Assembly (NCBI GenBank): GCA_946611235.1
Contig: CAMODE010000035.1
Location: 77 to 64,076, forward strand
Reading direction: 5' to 3'
DNA length: 64,000 nt
Source: an uncultured Bacillales bacterium
GTDB lineage: Bacteria; Bacillota_I; Bacilli_A; RF39; UBA660
This document shows, one piece after another, positions 37,067-46,793 of this stretch. Below the pieces are notes generated by a model. The model did not search any database. It saw nothing but the letters and a program-made list of their open reading frames with translations, and had not been told where the DNA came from. Position 1 is the first letter of the stretch. Every line of letters starts with the position of its first letter. The position numbers were made by a program, and so were the translations under genes.

Positions 37067-37255
37067 TTTGTTGCTCTCTTCAGGTAGCGTGAAGTAATTC
37101 AAAATAACTCCCATAAACATTGAAGAAGCCCAAGTATCTATAAGTACTTGGAATAATTTTGAAACAATTGCCACAAGCATTTTTCATTAAGAAAGTATCT
37201 AAATTCGTACCTGAGTATTTAATATTTTATTAAAAAAGAGCATTAATTTGCTCTT
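37067..37255. repeat. flank element A of the RM cassette (shares TTGCTCTCTTC, AATTGCCA and AAATTCGTACCT blocks with 40498-40683); its right end doubles as a weak terminator hairpin
   Basis: Blocks at 37067-37077, 37166-37173 and 37201-37212. Hairpin aagagca-ttaatt-tgctctt at 37236-37255. Confidence 0.5.
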
Positions 37256-38294
37256 AAACAGCAGAACTATAAGATAATGATTTTATAAAATTCTCCATGT
37301 ATTTAAAATCTGGTACGTATTCTCCATTATCACAAATTGATGGCAAAAATATCATTTGATTATCAGAATATTTAGTTTTTCTATACTGTCTTCCAAAGGA
37401 ATACCTATATTTCTCATTATTTAAAACTATTGAAATAAATTGACAACAGTATTCATTAATATACTTTTTAGGCATCAATGTCACTATATTATCATCACAA
37501 TAAAACTTTTCAGGATGATAAAATGAGTTCCCAAACATATCTATCGTTATGCATTTTTCAAATATTTTCATCTTTTGATTTTCTTGTATATAAGTTGCTA
37601 CGCCTTGATTAATTTTTCCTGCCGTTACTAATGGAATATCTCCATCTATCCTATCAACAGATTTTAATCTTGTTCCATGATCAACGTTAAAAATCCCTTC
37701 AGCACCACACAACTTAAAATATCTCCATTTAGAATAATCAAGCTCAACTTTTTCTGTTATGACAGATTTTGAATATTCATTTTCAAAGCTTACTTGATCA
37801 ACATGGTCTAAATACCAACAAGCTTGATCGTAACCCTCATCTAAAAAATAATCTGGAATTGAATTAACATTTATATCTCTTTTTTTATATACCCAGGCCG
37901 GAATTTCATCTATATTTGGAACCATAATTGAAGCCAACGTCATATTAGCCTGTCTTCCGAAAGAATATTTAAATTGATTAGCTCTAATACACATACAATA
38001 ATACTGCATTTCATCTATACTCATTTTAATTTTTGGTTTTAAATAATATAAATCTCTTCCAGAATAATACTCTTCTTCTTGAACAAATGCTTCCATTACT
38101 GAACCACCTGCGGAAACCGAAATTGTATTTGCTGGATTAGGCAAAATTGATTCTTCTTTTAAAACTTTGGCAGTTATCCCATTATTCTTCTTGCTTCTTC
38201 CAACATAATTAATTCCATTATCATCCTTCGTTAATTTACTTAAATCCAAATTAACGCCGTAATTAACATCAAATAATTGATCTAATCTTATCAT
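37254..38294 (-). CDS. specificity (S-like) subunit with two target-recognition-domain repeats, BcgIB-like
   Basis: Two internally similar halves, each ending in a (K/R)YSFGRQ motif (...FKYSFGRQANMTL...VP / ...YRYSFGRQYRKTK...LP). ATGA overlap with the upstream RM gene. Confidence 0.55.
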   Translation of the reverse strand: MIRLDQLFDVNYGVNLDLSKLTKDDNGINYVGRSKKNNGITAKVLKEESILPNPANTISVSAGGSVMEAFVQEEEYYSGRDLYYLKPKIKMSIDEMQYYCMCIRANQFKYSFGRQANMTLASIMVPNIDEIPAWVYKKRDINVNSIPDYFLDEGYDQACWYLDHVDQVSFENEYSKSVITEKVELDYSKWRYFKLCGAEGIFNVDHGTRLKSVDRIDGDIPLVTAGKINQGVATYIQENQKMKIFEKCITIDMFGNSFYHPEKFYCDDNIVTLMPKKYINEYCCQFISIVLNNEKYRYSFGRQYRKTKYSDNQMIFLPSICDNGEYVPDFKYMENFIKSLSYSSAV

Positions 38295-40408
38295 ATTGTA
38301 TCCTCAAAATCATTTTCTTGCATATATTTAAATAATGCATATTTTTTTAATTGATTTTCAAAATCTAATTCTGTTAGTAAAGAATAATCCGTTTCAACAT
38401 ATGCTTCTGCAAGCCATTCATCATTTTTCCCTAATTCTTTTCTTAAGAAAACTGTATTATCAACTTTTGCTAATCCCTCTATTTGTCTAATCCATTCACC
38501 TTTTATAGCTTTCCATTGATTATTTTTATCATATCTTCCAACATGAGGAATTGTTACAAAACCATCATCTAACCATCTTGATAAAAATACTAACTTATTT
38601 GATAAATCGTGTTTAAAATGTGCTTTAAAAACCATTATACAAGTTTGAGTTCCTACTTTACTTTCTTGAAATAATTTTTTTGGCATCGTCATTGTCGCTA
38701 GCAATGTATGTTTTTCTAAAATTGCTTCACGCATTTTTTTATCATCTTTACTACTAGCACAGCTCATTGGAATAATTGCAATACCTATACCACCTGGTTG
38801 CAAATACTCAAGCATTGAGTATACAAAATCTAATTCACTCTGACCTGATTGTTTTGACTTCCCTTTTTCCTCTTTTGTTTTTGTATTTAATAATGAATAT
38901 GGTGGATTAATCATTCCAACCATTGGCCTATTTTTTGATTCTTCTATTTCTTCTTGTAGTGTCTTTTTAGGATTATTATTAATCAATGATTTATCTTTTA
39001 ATAACGAAGAACAAGCATAAAGATTAGACTTTCCATCACCATGGAATCTCATATTAGCATATGCTAATGCGAACATTTCAGGTTCTCTTTCTACTCCTAC
39101 TAAACAATTTTGTCTAACATATTCTTTTCTTTTTTTCTTTTCTTCATCTGAGATTGTTAAATTATCTATGTTATGATCCATTCTATTTAGTGCACTTATC
39201 AAAAAGCCACCTGTTCCAGTACAGATATCTAATACTGCTGTTGTAGAATCAAGCTTTCTTCCAAGAAAATGCTCTGCTATATCACAAAATAATTCAGTAA
39301 CATGTTTTGGTGTTAAAACAACGCCTTTATCCTTCGCATCTCCTTTTGCATATTTAAGAAATGCAGTGTAAAATGTTCCCATTATATCAACTTTAGGATG
39401 ATTTTCCATTTTTTTAACAATATTCGTGTAAATTGAATATGTACACCTTGATAAAATATTCTCACCAAAATTAAACACTTTATTTGATCCTTCAGGACTT
39501 TCTAAAAGATTCGTAAGTAATAAACTATTATAATATTCTTCTAAGTAATTATATTTTATTTCTGGTAAATGATCTTTATTTTTCCAAATATCTCTTAAAG
39601 ATTCCCAAAGTCTGCTTATAGCCTTATTACCCAACTCTTCAGTATAAGGTTTTTTTACTCTATCATCAGGCATTGCTCTTTCTACTGCTTTATAATAGTC
39701 TGAGTCTTTATTTGTAAGAGCTAGTACTATAGCTGATAAAAAGCCTGCTCTATCCTTTGCCGAAATATGATTTGCTCTTAAAAAATTATTACACTGATTT
39801 GCATAATTCTTTAATTCATTTTCAACTTTTTCTCTTTCTTCCTTGTATTTTCCAAGTAATTCATCTATCATTTCTCTATAATTATTTGGAATCATTAAAG
39901 TATCATTATATGTACCATCTTCTAATAGATATATATTACTTAATTCACTGTTTTTAGGTAAATAAAATGATGTACACCTATAATTATCTTTACTAACACC
40001 AGAAACAGCTACCGCAACAACATCATAGGCATAATTTACATAACTAGCATAATGTAATGCTCCATTTACTGCATACTCTGATATTTCTTTTGCAGTACCT
40101 ATTCCATTTTTATAATCATCCAAATTATCATAAGTTTGATGTTTATTAACATCACTTTTACATTCAATTACTATTAACAATTCATTATTTTTATCTTTAG
40201 CTGTATAATCTGGAGATCCTTGGTTGCCCGACAATCTCTTACTGGCATTTATAAAGGCATTAGCCAATTCTTTGTCGGCATTAATTCCGCTTTTATATGA
40301 ATCTTCTTTAAAATAGATTAGTCCATTTTCAAGTTCATCTTGATTTTTAGGATAACCAACTTCAACTAATCTAGATTTAACCAACCCTTTTGTTAACTCT
40401 TCAGACAT
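38291..40408 (-). CDS. fused endonuclease / N6-adenine DNA methyltransferase, BcgIA-like (type IIB/IIG)
   Basis: N-terminal PD-ExK (SPDY...ELLIVIECK), SAM motif VLDICTGTGGFL, catalytic MINPPYS. 705 aa. Confidence 0.65.
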   Translation of the reverse strand: MSEELTKGLVKSRLVEVGYPKNQDELENGLIYFKEDSYKSGINADKELANAFINASKRLSGNQGSPDYTAKDKNNELLIVIECKSDVNKHQTYDNLDDYKNGIGTAKEISEYAVNGALHYASYVNYAYDVVAVAVSGVSKDNYRCTSFYLPKNSELSNIYLLEDGTYNDTLMIPNNYREMIDELLGKYKEEREKVENELKNYANQCNNFLRANHISAKDRAGFLSAIVLALTNKDSDYYKAVERAMPDDRVKKPYTEELGNKAISRLWESLRDIWKNKDHLPEIKYNYLEEYYNSLLLTNLLESPEGSNKVFNFGENILSRCTYSIYTNIVKKMENHPKVDIMGTFYTAFLKYAKGDAKDKGVVLTPKHVTELFCDIAEHFLGRKLDSTTAVLDICTGTGGFLISALNRMDHNIDNLTISDEEKKKRKEYVRQNCLVGVEREPEMFALAYANMRFHGDGKSNLYACSSLLKDKSLINNNPKKTLQEEIEESKNRPMVGMINPPYSLLNTKTKEEKGKSKQSGQSELDFVYSMLEYLQPGGIGIAIIPMSCASSKDDKKMREAILEKHTLLATMTMPKKLFQESKVGTQTCIMVFKAHFKHDLSNKLVFLSRWLDDGFVTIPHVGRYDKNNQWKAIKGEWIRQIEGLAKVDNTVFLRKELGKNDEWLAEAYVETDYSLLTELDFENQLKKYALFKYMQENDFEDTI

Positions 40409-40497
40409 ATTTTCACTTCCTCTATCCTATCCTATTCCATTATAACATAGAATTCCGATTATTTCGTAATACTATTTAAAAAAAGTACAATATAATT

Positions 40498-40683
40498 TGC
40501 TCTCTTCCCCTGGTCCACAAAAATTGCCAATTCTCAGGTACGCAAGACCGTATGTAAATTCGTACCTAATTGTACCTTTTTATTAGTTTATTGTAATCTT
40601 AAAAATCTTTGTAAACATTGGTGAATAAAGGGAAGGCCAGTGATTTATAACTATAAAAATGCACTTTTAATTGGGAAGAGAGC
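40498..40683. repeat. flank element B of the RM cassette: about 186 bp bounded by an 11-bp terminal inverted repeat (GCTCTCTTCCC / GGGAAGAGAGC), MITE-like
   Basis: TIRs at 40498-40508 and 40673-40683. Internal AATTGCCA (40522-40529), CTCAGGTACG (40532-40541), AAATTCGTACCT (40555-40566). Confidence 0.5.
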
Positions 40684-40686
40684 ATT

Positions 40687-40920
40687 TTAATCATCATAGT
40701 CTAAATTATCATCATTATTTTCTTCTGCTTCTATATAGTCAGCATCACTCATTCTTTCTTGTCTTGCTATTCTTTTGTCTTCTTTACTTAATCCCCATAT
40801 ATTATTATCTTTAGTATAGTTACTTCCTTTATTTGGAAAGAATAAATAGAATAGTATTTTAAATGGTAATAGTACTAGATTATATACTATAATAAATGGT
40901 AGTAATAATAATTTAAACAT
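40687..40920 (-). CDS. small membrane protein with acidic C-terminal tail
   Basis: 77 aa. N-terminal hydrophobic segment(s), C-terminal EAEENNDDNLDYDD. Confidence 0.4.
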   Translation of the reverse strand: MFKLLLLPFIIVYNLVLLPFKILFYLFFPNKGSNYTKDNNIWGLSKEDKRIARQERMSDADYIEAEENNDDNLDYDD

Positions 40921-40996
40921 ACTTTACTCCTTAACAATATATTTGTTTATTTAATTATACCAAATATTTCTAAATATTTAAATATATAATTGTTAA

Positions 40997-41032
40997 TTTA
41001 GAGACTACAGGCTCTAAATTACTTTTGAAGAC
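40997..41032. repeat. double-hairpin intergenic repeat, copy 1 (second hairpin truncated)
   Basis: TTTAGAGACTACAGGCTCTAAATTACTTTTGAAGAC is identical to copy 2 over 36 nt. Confidence 0.9.
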
Positions 41033-41091
41033 ACATATCAATCAAAAAATAAAAAACACCCATAATAGAGTATTCTCTTGGTTTACATGCA

Positions 41092-41124
41092 TAAAAAATA
41101 GGGCTCTATCCGTAAATAGACCCC
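41092..41124 (-). terminator. rho-independent terminator downstream of the Abi_2 gene
   Basis: Minus strand: ggggtctat-ttacgg-atagagccc then TATTTTTTAT. Confidence 0.6.
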
Positions 41125-41191
41125 TTACAAAAATGTATTACCATTTTTTCCTTGCATAGATAATATAACACATTTTTTTATCTATGTCAAA

Positions 41192-42199
41192 CTATTGATC
41201 TAAATTTTCTTTATAATTTTTTTCAATTATTTTATCAAAATATTCATAAATAGATTTCAATAGCCCATTATTATTATAGTATTTTCTATTGAGAATTATT
41301 CTACCATAAAACAATTTACTTAGTTCATGGTTTACATTTTGCTTAACACCTGTACTGCTTACTATTTCATTAAATAGGTATAATGTATAAGTAATTTGTC
41401 TTATTCTTGAATTTCTTAATTTGTTAGTTCTATTTTCTTTTCCTATTCCACACTCTTGTAAATAGTTAATAACTAATTTGTCTGCTCTATGAAGATTATC
41501 TTTTCTATCAAGTTCAGACAAAACGCAAGAATTATGGGCTACAGCATTTCTAAGTTTATTTACTTCTCTTAATATAAATATATACTTATTATCATCTAAT
41601 TCATATTTATTCGTAAAGAATTCAAAAAAGTTTGTTAATTCTCCAAAGGTAATTATTTCTAAAAATTCCCATATTGGAATATTTTCAATCTTAGCATCAC
41701 CATCTATATCATATTTTGAAAATATCTTATTATAGTATTCATTTGTTACTTTTTTTCTAATACTATCATGCACTCTTTTTGGATATTTAGTATCAATATA
41801 ATCATGTTCCAAATATAAATTTACTATATTATATCCGTCTTCATTTTCTAATTCTTCTACCGTATTTAATATCCTTATTTTAAGATAATGTTCTATATCT
41901 ATTATCATTTTAAATAGAACAATTCGAGTTCTGTAATCTATGATAGACAAATCCCTTAAATAAGCAAAATCTAAATCTATATACTTTCCTGTTAATTCAC
42001 CGCATTGATATTTTGGAAAATTATTTTTATAGGCAGTAACATTATAATAATTGTTATTTTCTTTTAGATATCTTTTGGCATTTTCTTCAGAACAATCTTC
42101 AAATTTAATATTCTTATTTTTCAAATAAGGTACCATTTGAGATATTTTCATCATAGGTCTTAAAACCATCGTATTATAATTTTCATCCATTTGCTTCAC
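41192..42199 (-). CDS. Abi_2 (AbiD/AbiF-like) abortive-infection protein with HEPN motif
   Basis: 335 aa. The N-terminus is typical of Abi_2 (...KISQMVPYLKNKNIKFEDCSEENAKRYLKENNNYY). LRNAVAHN (R-x4-H). Confidence 0.8.
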   Translation of the reverse strand: MKQMDENYNTMVLRPMMKISQMVPYLKNKNIKFEDCSEENAKRYLKENNNYYNVTAYKNNFPKYQCGELTGKYIDLDFAYLRDLSIIDYRTRIVLFKMIIDIEHYLKIRILNTVEELENEDGYNIVNLYLEHDYIDTKYPKRVHDSIRKKVTNEYYNKIFSKYDIDGDAKIENIPIWEFLEIITFGELTNFFEFFTNKYELDDNKYIFILREVNKLRNAVAHNSCVLSELDRKDNLHRADKLVINYLQECGIGKENRTNKLRNSRIRQITYTLYLFNEIVSSTGVKQNVNHELSKLFYGRIILNRKYYNNNGLLKSIYEYFDKIIEKNYKENLDQ

Positions 42200-42268
42200 C
42201 TTCTTTGCTGTTAAAAATATTATAAATATATATATTAATATAGATTTTTTCTACATATTATTTACTAA

Positions 42269-42808
42269 TTATTCATTATCTTTTTCTTCTAAATATTGTT
42301 CTTCTAAAGCATATGGATATTTACCAATTTGCGTTATTGGTAAAACCATTTCTTCTAACATTCTAAAATATCCATTTTTACCATATCTATTTCTCCAGAA
42401 ATCTATTGAGTAATATATTCTGTTTAAACATATTATCGGTAAAGTAAATAAGCCTTTTAAATCATTTCTTGCTATATTATTTATATTAATATCTTCATTT
42501 ATAAAAGGATTAAATAAATATTCTAATTCTTTTGCAAATCTAATTATTTTATCTTCTTCTATTTTTGTGTAATCATATTTTTTATTATCAATATATCCTT
42601 TTAAGTCGTATATTATAACGGGAATTGCTTCTTGTAACTCATAATCAGTAATTGGTATTTTACTATATACTTCATATATACCATATTCTATATAATTTAA
42701 CTGAGGATTATAATCTTCTTCTGTTCCTTTTTCAATTTTGCCAAATTCTTTCTCTACTCTTGATATTATTCTTTTAATATCATAATTTGTTAATTCTTTT
42801 ACTTCCAT
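42269..42808 (-). CDS. hypothetical protein
   Basis: 179-aa ORF with no recognisable motif. Confidence 0.5.
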   Translation of the reverse strand: MEVKELTNYDIKRIISRVEKEFGKIEKGTEEDYNPQLNYIEYGIYEVYSKIPITDYELQEAIPVIIYDLKGYIDNKKYDYTKIEEDKIIRFAKELEYLFNPFINEDININNIARNDLKGLFTLPIICLNRIYYSIDFWRNRYGKNGYFRMLEEMVLPITQIGKYPYALEEQYLEEKDNE

Positions 42809-42846
42809 ATCATTCTTTCTCCTGGTATAATTAATTATTTTCTTTC

Positions 42847-43626
42847 TTAGTAGCTATTATTTTCCACTTTAACTATTTTATCATCAGTATTTTTATATAT
42901 ATCAAATAGCATTATGCATCTTGAAAAATCACTACAATTTTTATATTTATGATGTTTTATAAAGTCTTTTAGTCTCTTATTTTTACTACTAAATAATAAA
43001 GGAATCCCAATAGCAAATCTTATGCCATCATAATTCATAACTCTATTATAGATATAGAACTCTTCATTAGATTTATTATTTATTCCACCTATACTGCTCA
43101 TCGCAACATCTATTATTTTATACCTCTTATTTGTAAATACATCTTGATAAGTTACATATCCTTCTTTTGAATCAAAACTAACTATTTTAAATAAGCCCGC
43201 TACTGAATCATTCATTGCATAAAGCATTTTAATTTTATCTTGATCTTTAAATTTCTTATTTTTGATATATATTTCTGTTAAAGATGGTATTTTATAATGA
43301 TTCTTATACATAAATAATTCGTTAAAGACAAGAGCTTCGTCTTCTTTGCTATTATTAATTCCAACCTTTAATGCTTTTGTTTCTCTTACTATGTCATTAT
43401 TTATTGTATTAAAATAATCAACTGCGGGAAATTTACCACTTTCTATATAATTATGCATACTTGTAAGAATACTTGAATGTATTCTTCTTGCTTTGTAATA
43501 TTTCTTTATGTGTTCTTTTTGATTTAAAAATAAAAATTTATTTGCATTTATTATCATTCTTACAGTATCTTCATAATTCTTATTCATCTTTATTTTACTC
43601 CTCATCTTCATAATATTCTTCTTCAT
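42847..43626 (-). CDS. hypothetical protein
   Basis: 259-aa ORF. The true start may be the internal MNKNYEDT at 43587. No motif recognised. Confidence 0.5.
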   Translation of the reverse strand: MKKNIMKMRSKIKMNKNYEDTVRMIINANKFLFLNQKEHIKKYYKARRIHSSILTSMHNYIESGKFPAVDYFNTINNDIVRETKALKVGINNSKEDEALVFNELFMYKNHYKIPSLTEIYIKNKKFKDQDKIKMLYAMNDSVAGLFKIVSFDSKEGYVTYQDVFTNKRYKIIDVAMSSIGGINNKSNEEFYIYNRVMNYDGIRFAIGIPLLFSSKNKRLKDFIKHHKYKNCSDFSRCIMLFDIYKNTDDKIVKVENNSY

Positions 43627-44206
43627 ATGTATGTTTCATTTTATAGAAAAATCTTCTGATATGTAATATATTTTTATCTATATTGAATTCTTTATAATTA
43701 TATTTACTTTTCCCTCCTAGAATATCTATATAATAATAATCTGAATATCCTTTTTTATCGATGTCTTCAATTATTTCTTTTAGTTCACTTGTACTATAAT
43801 CATTTATTACACCTAGTCCTTTGCCATTAGTTATATATGGATAATGTTTTCCATTTCTCATAGTAAATTCAATACTGCCTAAATAGGTTATTCTAAATTC
43901 GATGGTAGATCCTGTATCATATTTCATTGATAGTTGGTCATTAACTTCTAAATTTAATGTTTTTAGTTTAGTAATAATAGCATTAATGGGGTTTTCAAAT
44001 CCATGGTAATCTTCTATTGCAAGCCAACAATCATATAACCTATCCTTATACCTTATTTCATAAAGATTATCTCCTGTGGCATTAAATGATAATATAATAG
44101 TATAGGCTAGATCTGCTAGGGTGCGATTATCAGTTATTTCTATTTCCCTCCATATTTTATCTTCTAATTCTACTCCCTCGACTTTAAATTTCAATACTTT
44201 TGTCAT
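43595..44206 (-). CDS. pRiA4b ORF-3-like domain protein
   Basis: N-terminus LKFKVEGVELEDKIWREIEITDNRTLADLAYTIILSF resembles the PRiA4_ORF3 signature (Y.lKV.L....IWR.i.v....tL.dLH..I...). Confidence 0.5.
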   Translation of the reverse strand: MTKVLKFKVEGVELEDKIWREIEITDNRTLADLAYTIILSFNATGDNLYEIRYKDRLYDCWLAIEDYHGFENPINAIITKLKTLNLEVNDQLSMKYDTGSTIEFRITYLGSIEFTMRNGKHYPYITNGKGLGVINDYSTSELKEIIEDIDKKGYSDYYYIDILGGKSKYNYKEFNIDKNILHIRRFFYKMKHTYEEEYYEDEE

Positions 44207-44216
44207 TTGTTTCCTC

Positions 44217-45161
44217 CTACAACTCTTTTGGACATCCTTGTTTATATTTTACATCATTAAAGCCATATACTTTTCGGCATTTATTACAAATAATAGCTAT
44301 TTCATCTGAACCATAGATATCCATTCCATCGCCTTTTTGTAATATTATATCATTAGAGTAACACTTAGGGCAATAAATTTTTCCATTATTAATAATATCT
44401 TTTTGACTGCAGTAATCTCTTATTATTTCATAACCTTCTTTATTATATTTCGGTGCATATTCATCTTTATTAAATACTTTTATTCGACCAAACATAAATT
44501 CTATTTTATCTATTTTCTTTTCAATATGATAATGTCCACAGTACCATTTGTCATAAGTAATACTTTCTTCTAGTTCATCTAAAAAATATTCCATACTTTT
44601 ATCTACTTTAGACTGATCAATTCCACTTAAAAATACTTCTCTTGGTTCATACTTATATGGACAAGTATGAGTAAGTACGATATCGATATGTTTACCTTTA
44701 TATTTATCTAAAATAGTTTTCATTTCAGTTTTTGTTAGTTGTTCATCTTTAAACCACTTACAGCCATATAGTAATCTATATTCTTTATCTACTGAATAGG
44801 CTCCTCCTACTACTAGAACTGATTTATTATCTATATTATATAATTCTCCATCTTTAGCAAATATTAGGTTAGGATATTCTTCTTCGATATATACTTTCCC
44901 ACCAAACATATCTACTTCTTTATATGTCTTTATATTTTCTGGTCTTTCTTCATGATTTCCTCTAATACTGAATATCTTAATATTGAAATCATTTAGACAT
45001 TTTTTATATTTTATATCTTCATCATTAAGACAGTAATTTATACCTGAATCTCCTAGTACTATTAACATGTCTCCATCTTTATAGTCTAAATTATTTAATC
45101 TAGAAAATTCTCTATGGGTATCTCCTGTTATATATATCATTAACTCACCCCTATCCTTCAA
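44217..45161 (-). CDS. calcineurin-like metallophosphoesterase with C-terminal zinc-ribbon
   Basis: GDTH, VLGDSG, RGNHE, LTHT, GHYH motifs. C-terminal CPKC...CNKC. The likely true start is the ATG at 45140 (MIYITGDTH), after the GGATAGGGGTGAG RBS. Confidence 0.75.
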   Translation of the reverse strand: MKDRGELMIYITGDTHREFSRLNNLDYKDGDMLIVLGDSGINYCLNDEDIKYKKCLNDFNIKIFSIRGNHEERPENIKTYKEVDMFGGKVYIEEEYPNLIFAKDGELYNIDNKSVLVVGGAYSVDKEYRLLYGCKWFKDEQLTKTEMKTILDKYKGKHIDIVLTHTCPYKYEPREVFLSGIDQSKVDKSMEYFLDELEESITYDKWYCGHYHIEKKIDKIEFMFGRIKVFNKDEYAPKYNKEGYEIIRDYCSQKDIINNGKIYCPKCYSNDIILQKGDGMDIYGSDEIAIICNKCRKVYGFNDVKYKQGCPKEL

Positions 45162-45190
45162 AAATTAATATTTTATTTGCATATTAAATT

Positions 45191-46018
45191 TTATACTTCT
45201 ACTTCTTCTTCAGATAATTCTTTTACATAATTAATTAAACTATTTATTGCATCATTGATAGGTATGTCTAACCAATTTACGGCAGAATCATTTAGATGAT
45301 TTATATATATTTTGGACTTTAATGTTCTATTTAATCTGTTTAAAATATCATCAATATTATTTTCTCTCATCGTATTATCATCAAAAATTAATATTTCAAT
45401 GTTTTTAAATAATTTTTTCTTATTCAATTTTGCAATATTTATTAAATAATATAAATCAAATATATCTTTATACCTAGTTGATCTAAATCCTAATTTTAAT
45501 AGTGATTTTAATTTTTCAACAAAAATTTGTTTCTTTGAATTAATAAGTAAATTAACTTCTTTATTAATCAAACTTAAATCAAAACAGTATTCATCTTGCT
45601 CTAATTCAAATAGTTTATGAACACCTATATCTAATTTTGAATTTATAATATTTCCATAATTATCATCAATTTTAATATGTACTCTTTTGCCATCATAATC
45701 TTGATGATGTAATGGAACAATAGCACCAATAACTTCTATTTTTATATTATCTTCGTCATTGTTTAATGACTTAATAAAATTTCTAATAGAGTCATCTTCT
45801 AAAGAGTATTTAATAAAATCAATGTCCAAATCACGAGTAGCTCTACGAATATCATGAGATATATTATGCATAACAACTCCGCCTTTAATAGTTACATTGT
45901 TTTTATATCTACTGCTTCCGATTTTTGAAAGAACTATTTCTTGACAGACTTTTGACTCAGCATCTCCATACTCATAGCCTTTTTTTTGATAAATTGTTAT
46001 AGCCTCTTTTATATTCAT
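45191..46018 (-). CDS. abiEii: AbiEii/AbiGii-family nucleotidyltransferase toxin (type IV TA / abortive infection)
   Basis: 275 aa. IKGGVVMH...RATRDLDIDF pattern of DUF1814. Confidence 0.8.
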   Translation of the reverse strand: MNIKEAITIYQKKGYEYGDAESKVCQEIVLSKIGSSRYKNNVTIKGGVVMHNISHDIRRATRDLDIDFIKYSLEDDSIRNFIKSLNNDEDNIKIEVIGAIVPLHHQDYDGKRVHIKIDDNYGNIINSKLDIGVHKLFELEQDEYCFDLSLINKEVNLLINSKKQIFVEKLKSLLKLGFRSTRYKDIFDLYYLINIAKLNKKKLFKNIEILIFDDNTMRENNIDDILNRLNRTLKSKIYINHLNDSAVNWLDIPINDAINSLINYVKELSEEEVEV

Positions 46019-46569
46019 TAAAACACCTCTCTCATCAAAGCATCTGCTAAATTAACATCATTCTTATATAGAGATAAGTATTCTTCAATTTTATACATAT
46101 CAAGATCATCACTTATTCTTCTATAGTTTGCGATAATTTCCTTGTAGTAATCAAATGGCATTTGTTTTCTTTTTCTAATTAATTCTACTAATAGCCTTTC
46201 CATATCATACATATTAACTTTTTCACCATCAACATCTACTTCAATTTTTCCTTGCTTTAGAATATCATTAGGTACATATATCTGTTCTATTTTGTTATTA
46301 TTGATTTTTCTATACCCGCTCGATGTTGCTAAATAAGTTTTTTGTGGGATAACATCTGTTAAATCATAATAATAAAAAGCAGAATTCATAGTAATAACAG
46401 CACTTCTATATTTTTTAGAAAAAATTATTAATGGATTTATTATATTTCTATCAGAATATACCCCTTTATCAAGTTTGTATAAACATCCATCGCTTATGGC
46501 TTTTTTTATCTGATAATCAGATTTATATATTTTTTTAACTTCGTTATGGTTATATAACATATTAATCAC
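46018..46569 (-). CDS. abiEi: AbiEi-family antitoxin/transcriptional regulator
   Basis: N-terminus ...AISDGCLYKLDKGVYSD. 1-nt overlap with the toxin gene. Confidence 0.7.
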   Translation of the reverse strand: MINMLYNHNEVKKIYKSDYQIKKAISDGCLYKLDKGVYSDRNIINPLIIFSKKYRSAVITMNSAFYYYDLTDVIPQKTYLATSSGYRKINNNKIEQIYVPNDILKQGKIEVDVDGEKVNMYDMERLLVELIRKRKQMPFDYYKEIIANYRRISDDLDMYKIEEYLSLYKNDVNLADALMREVF

Positions 46570-46629
46570 CTCTAAAATAATTTTACACTAATGTCTGGTA
46601 AAAATCAAGTCTTTACACGACATTAGTGT

Positions 46630-46793
46630 AATTTGCTATTTATTATTGTAAATTGTTTATATTTGACATTTTCATCATTTGGACAGTAGTTTATTCTAAA
46701 ATTTCCAAGTAATATTAATGGGTCTCTATCTTTATAGTCTAAATTATTTAATCTAGAAAAATCTCTATAGGTATCTCCTGTTATATATATCAT
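46630..46793 (-). pseudogene. truncated 5' fragment (about 55 codons) of a metallophosphoesterase gene paralogous to 44217-45140
   Basis: My translation: MIYITGDTYRDFSRLNNLDYKDRDPLILLGNFRINYCPNDENVKYKQF...* versus intact MIYITGDTHREFSRLNNLDYKDGDMLIVLGDSGINYCLNDEDIKYKK. Bases 46728-46795 match 45075-45142 with 2 mismatches. Confidence 0.75.
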
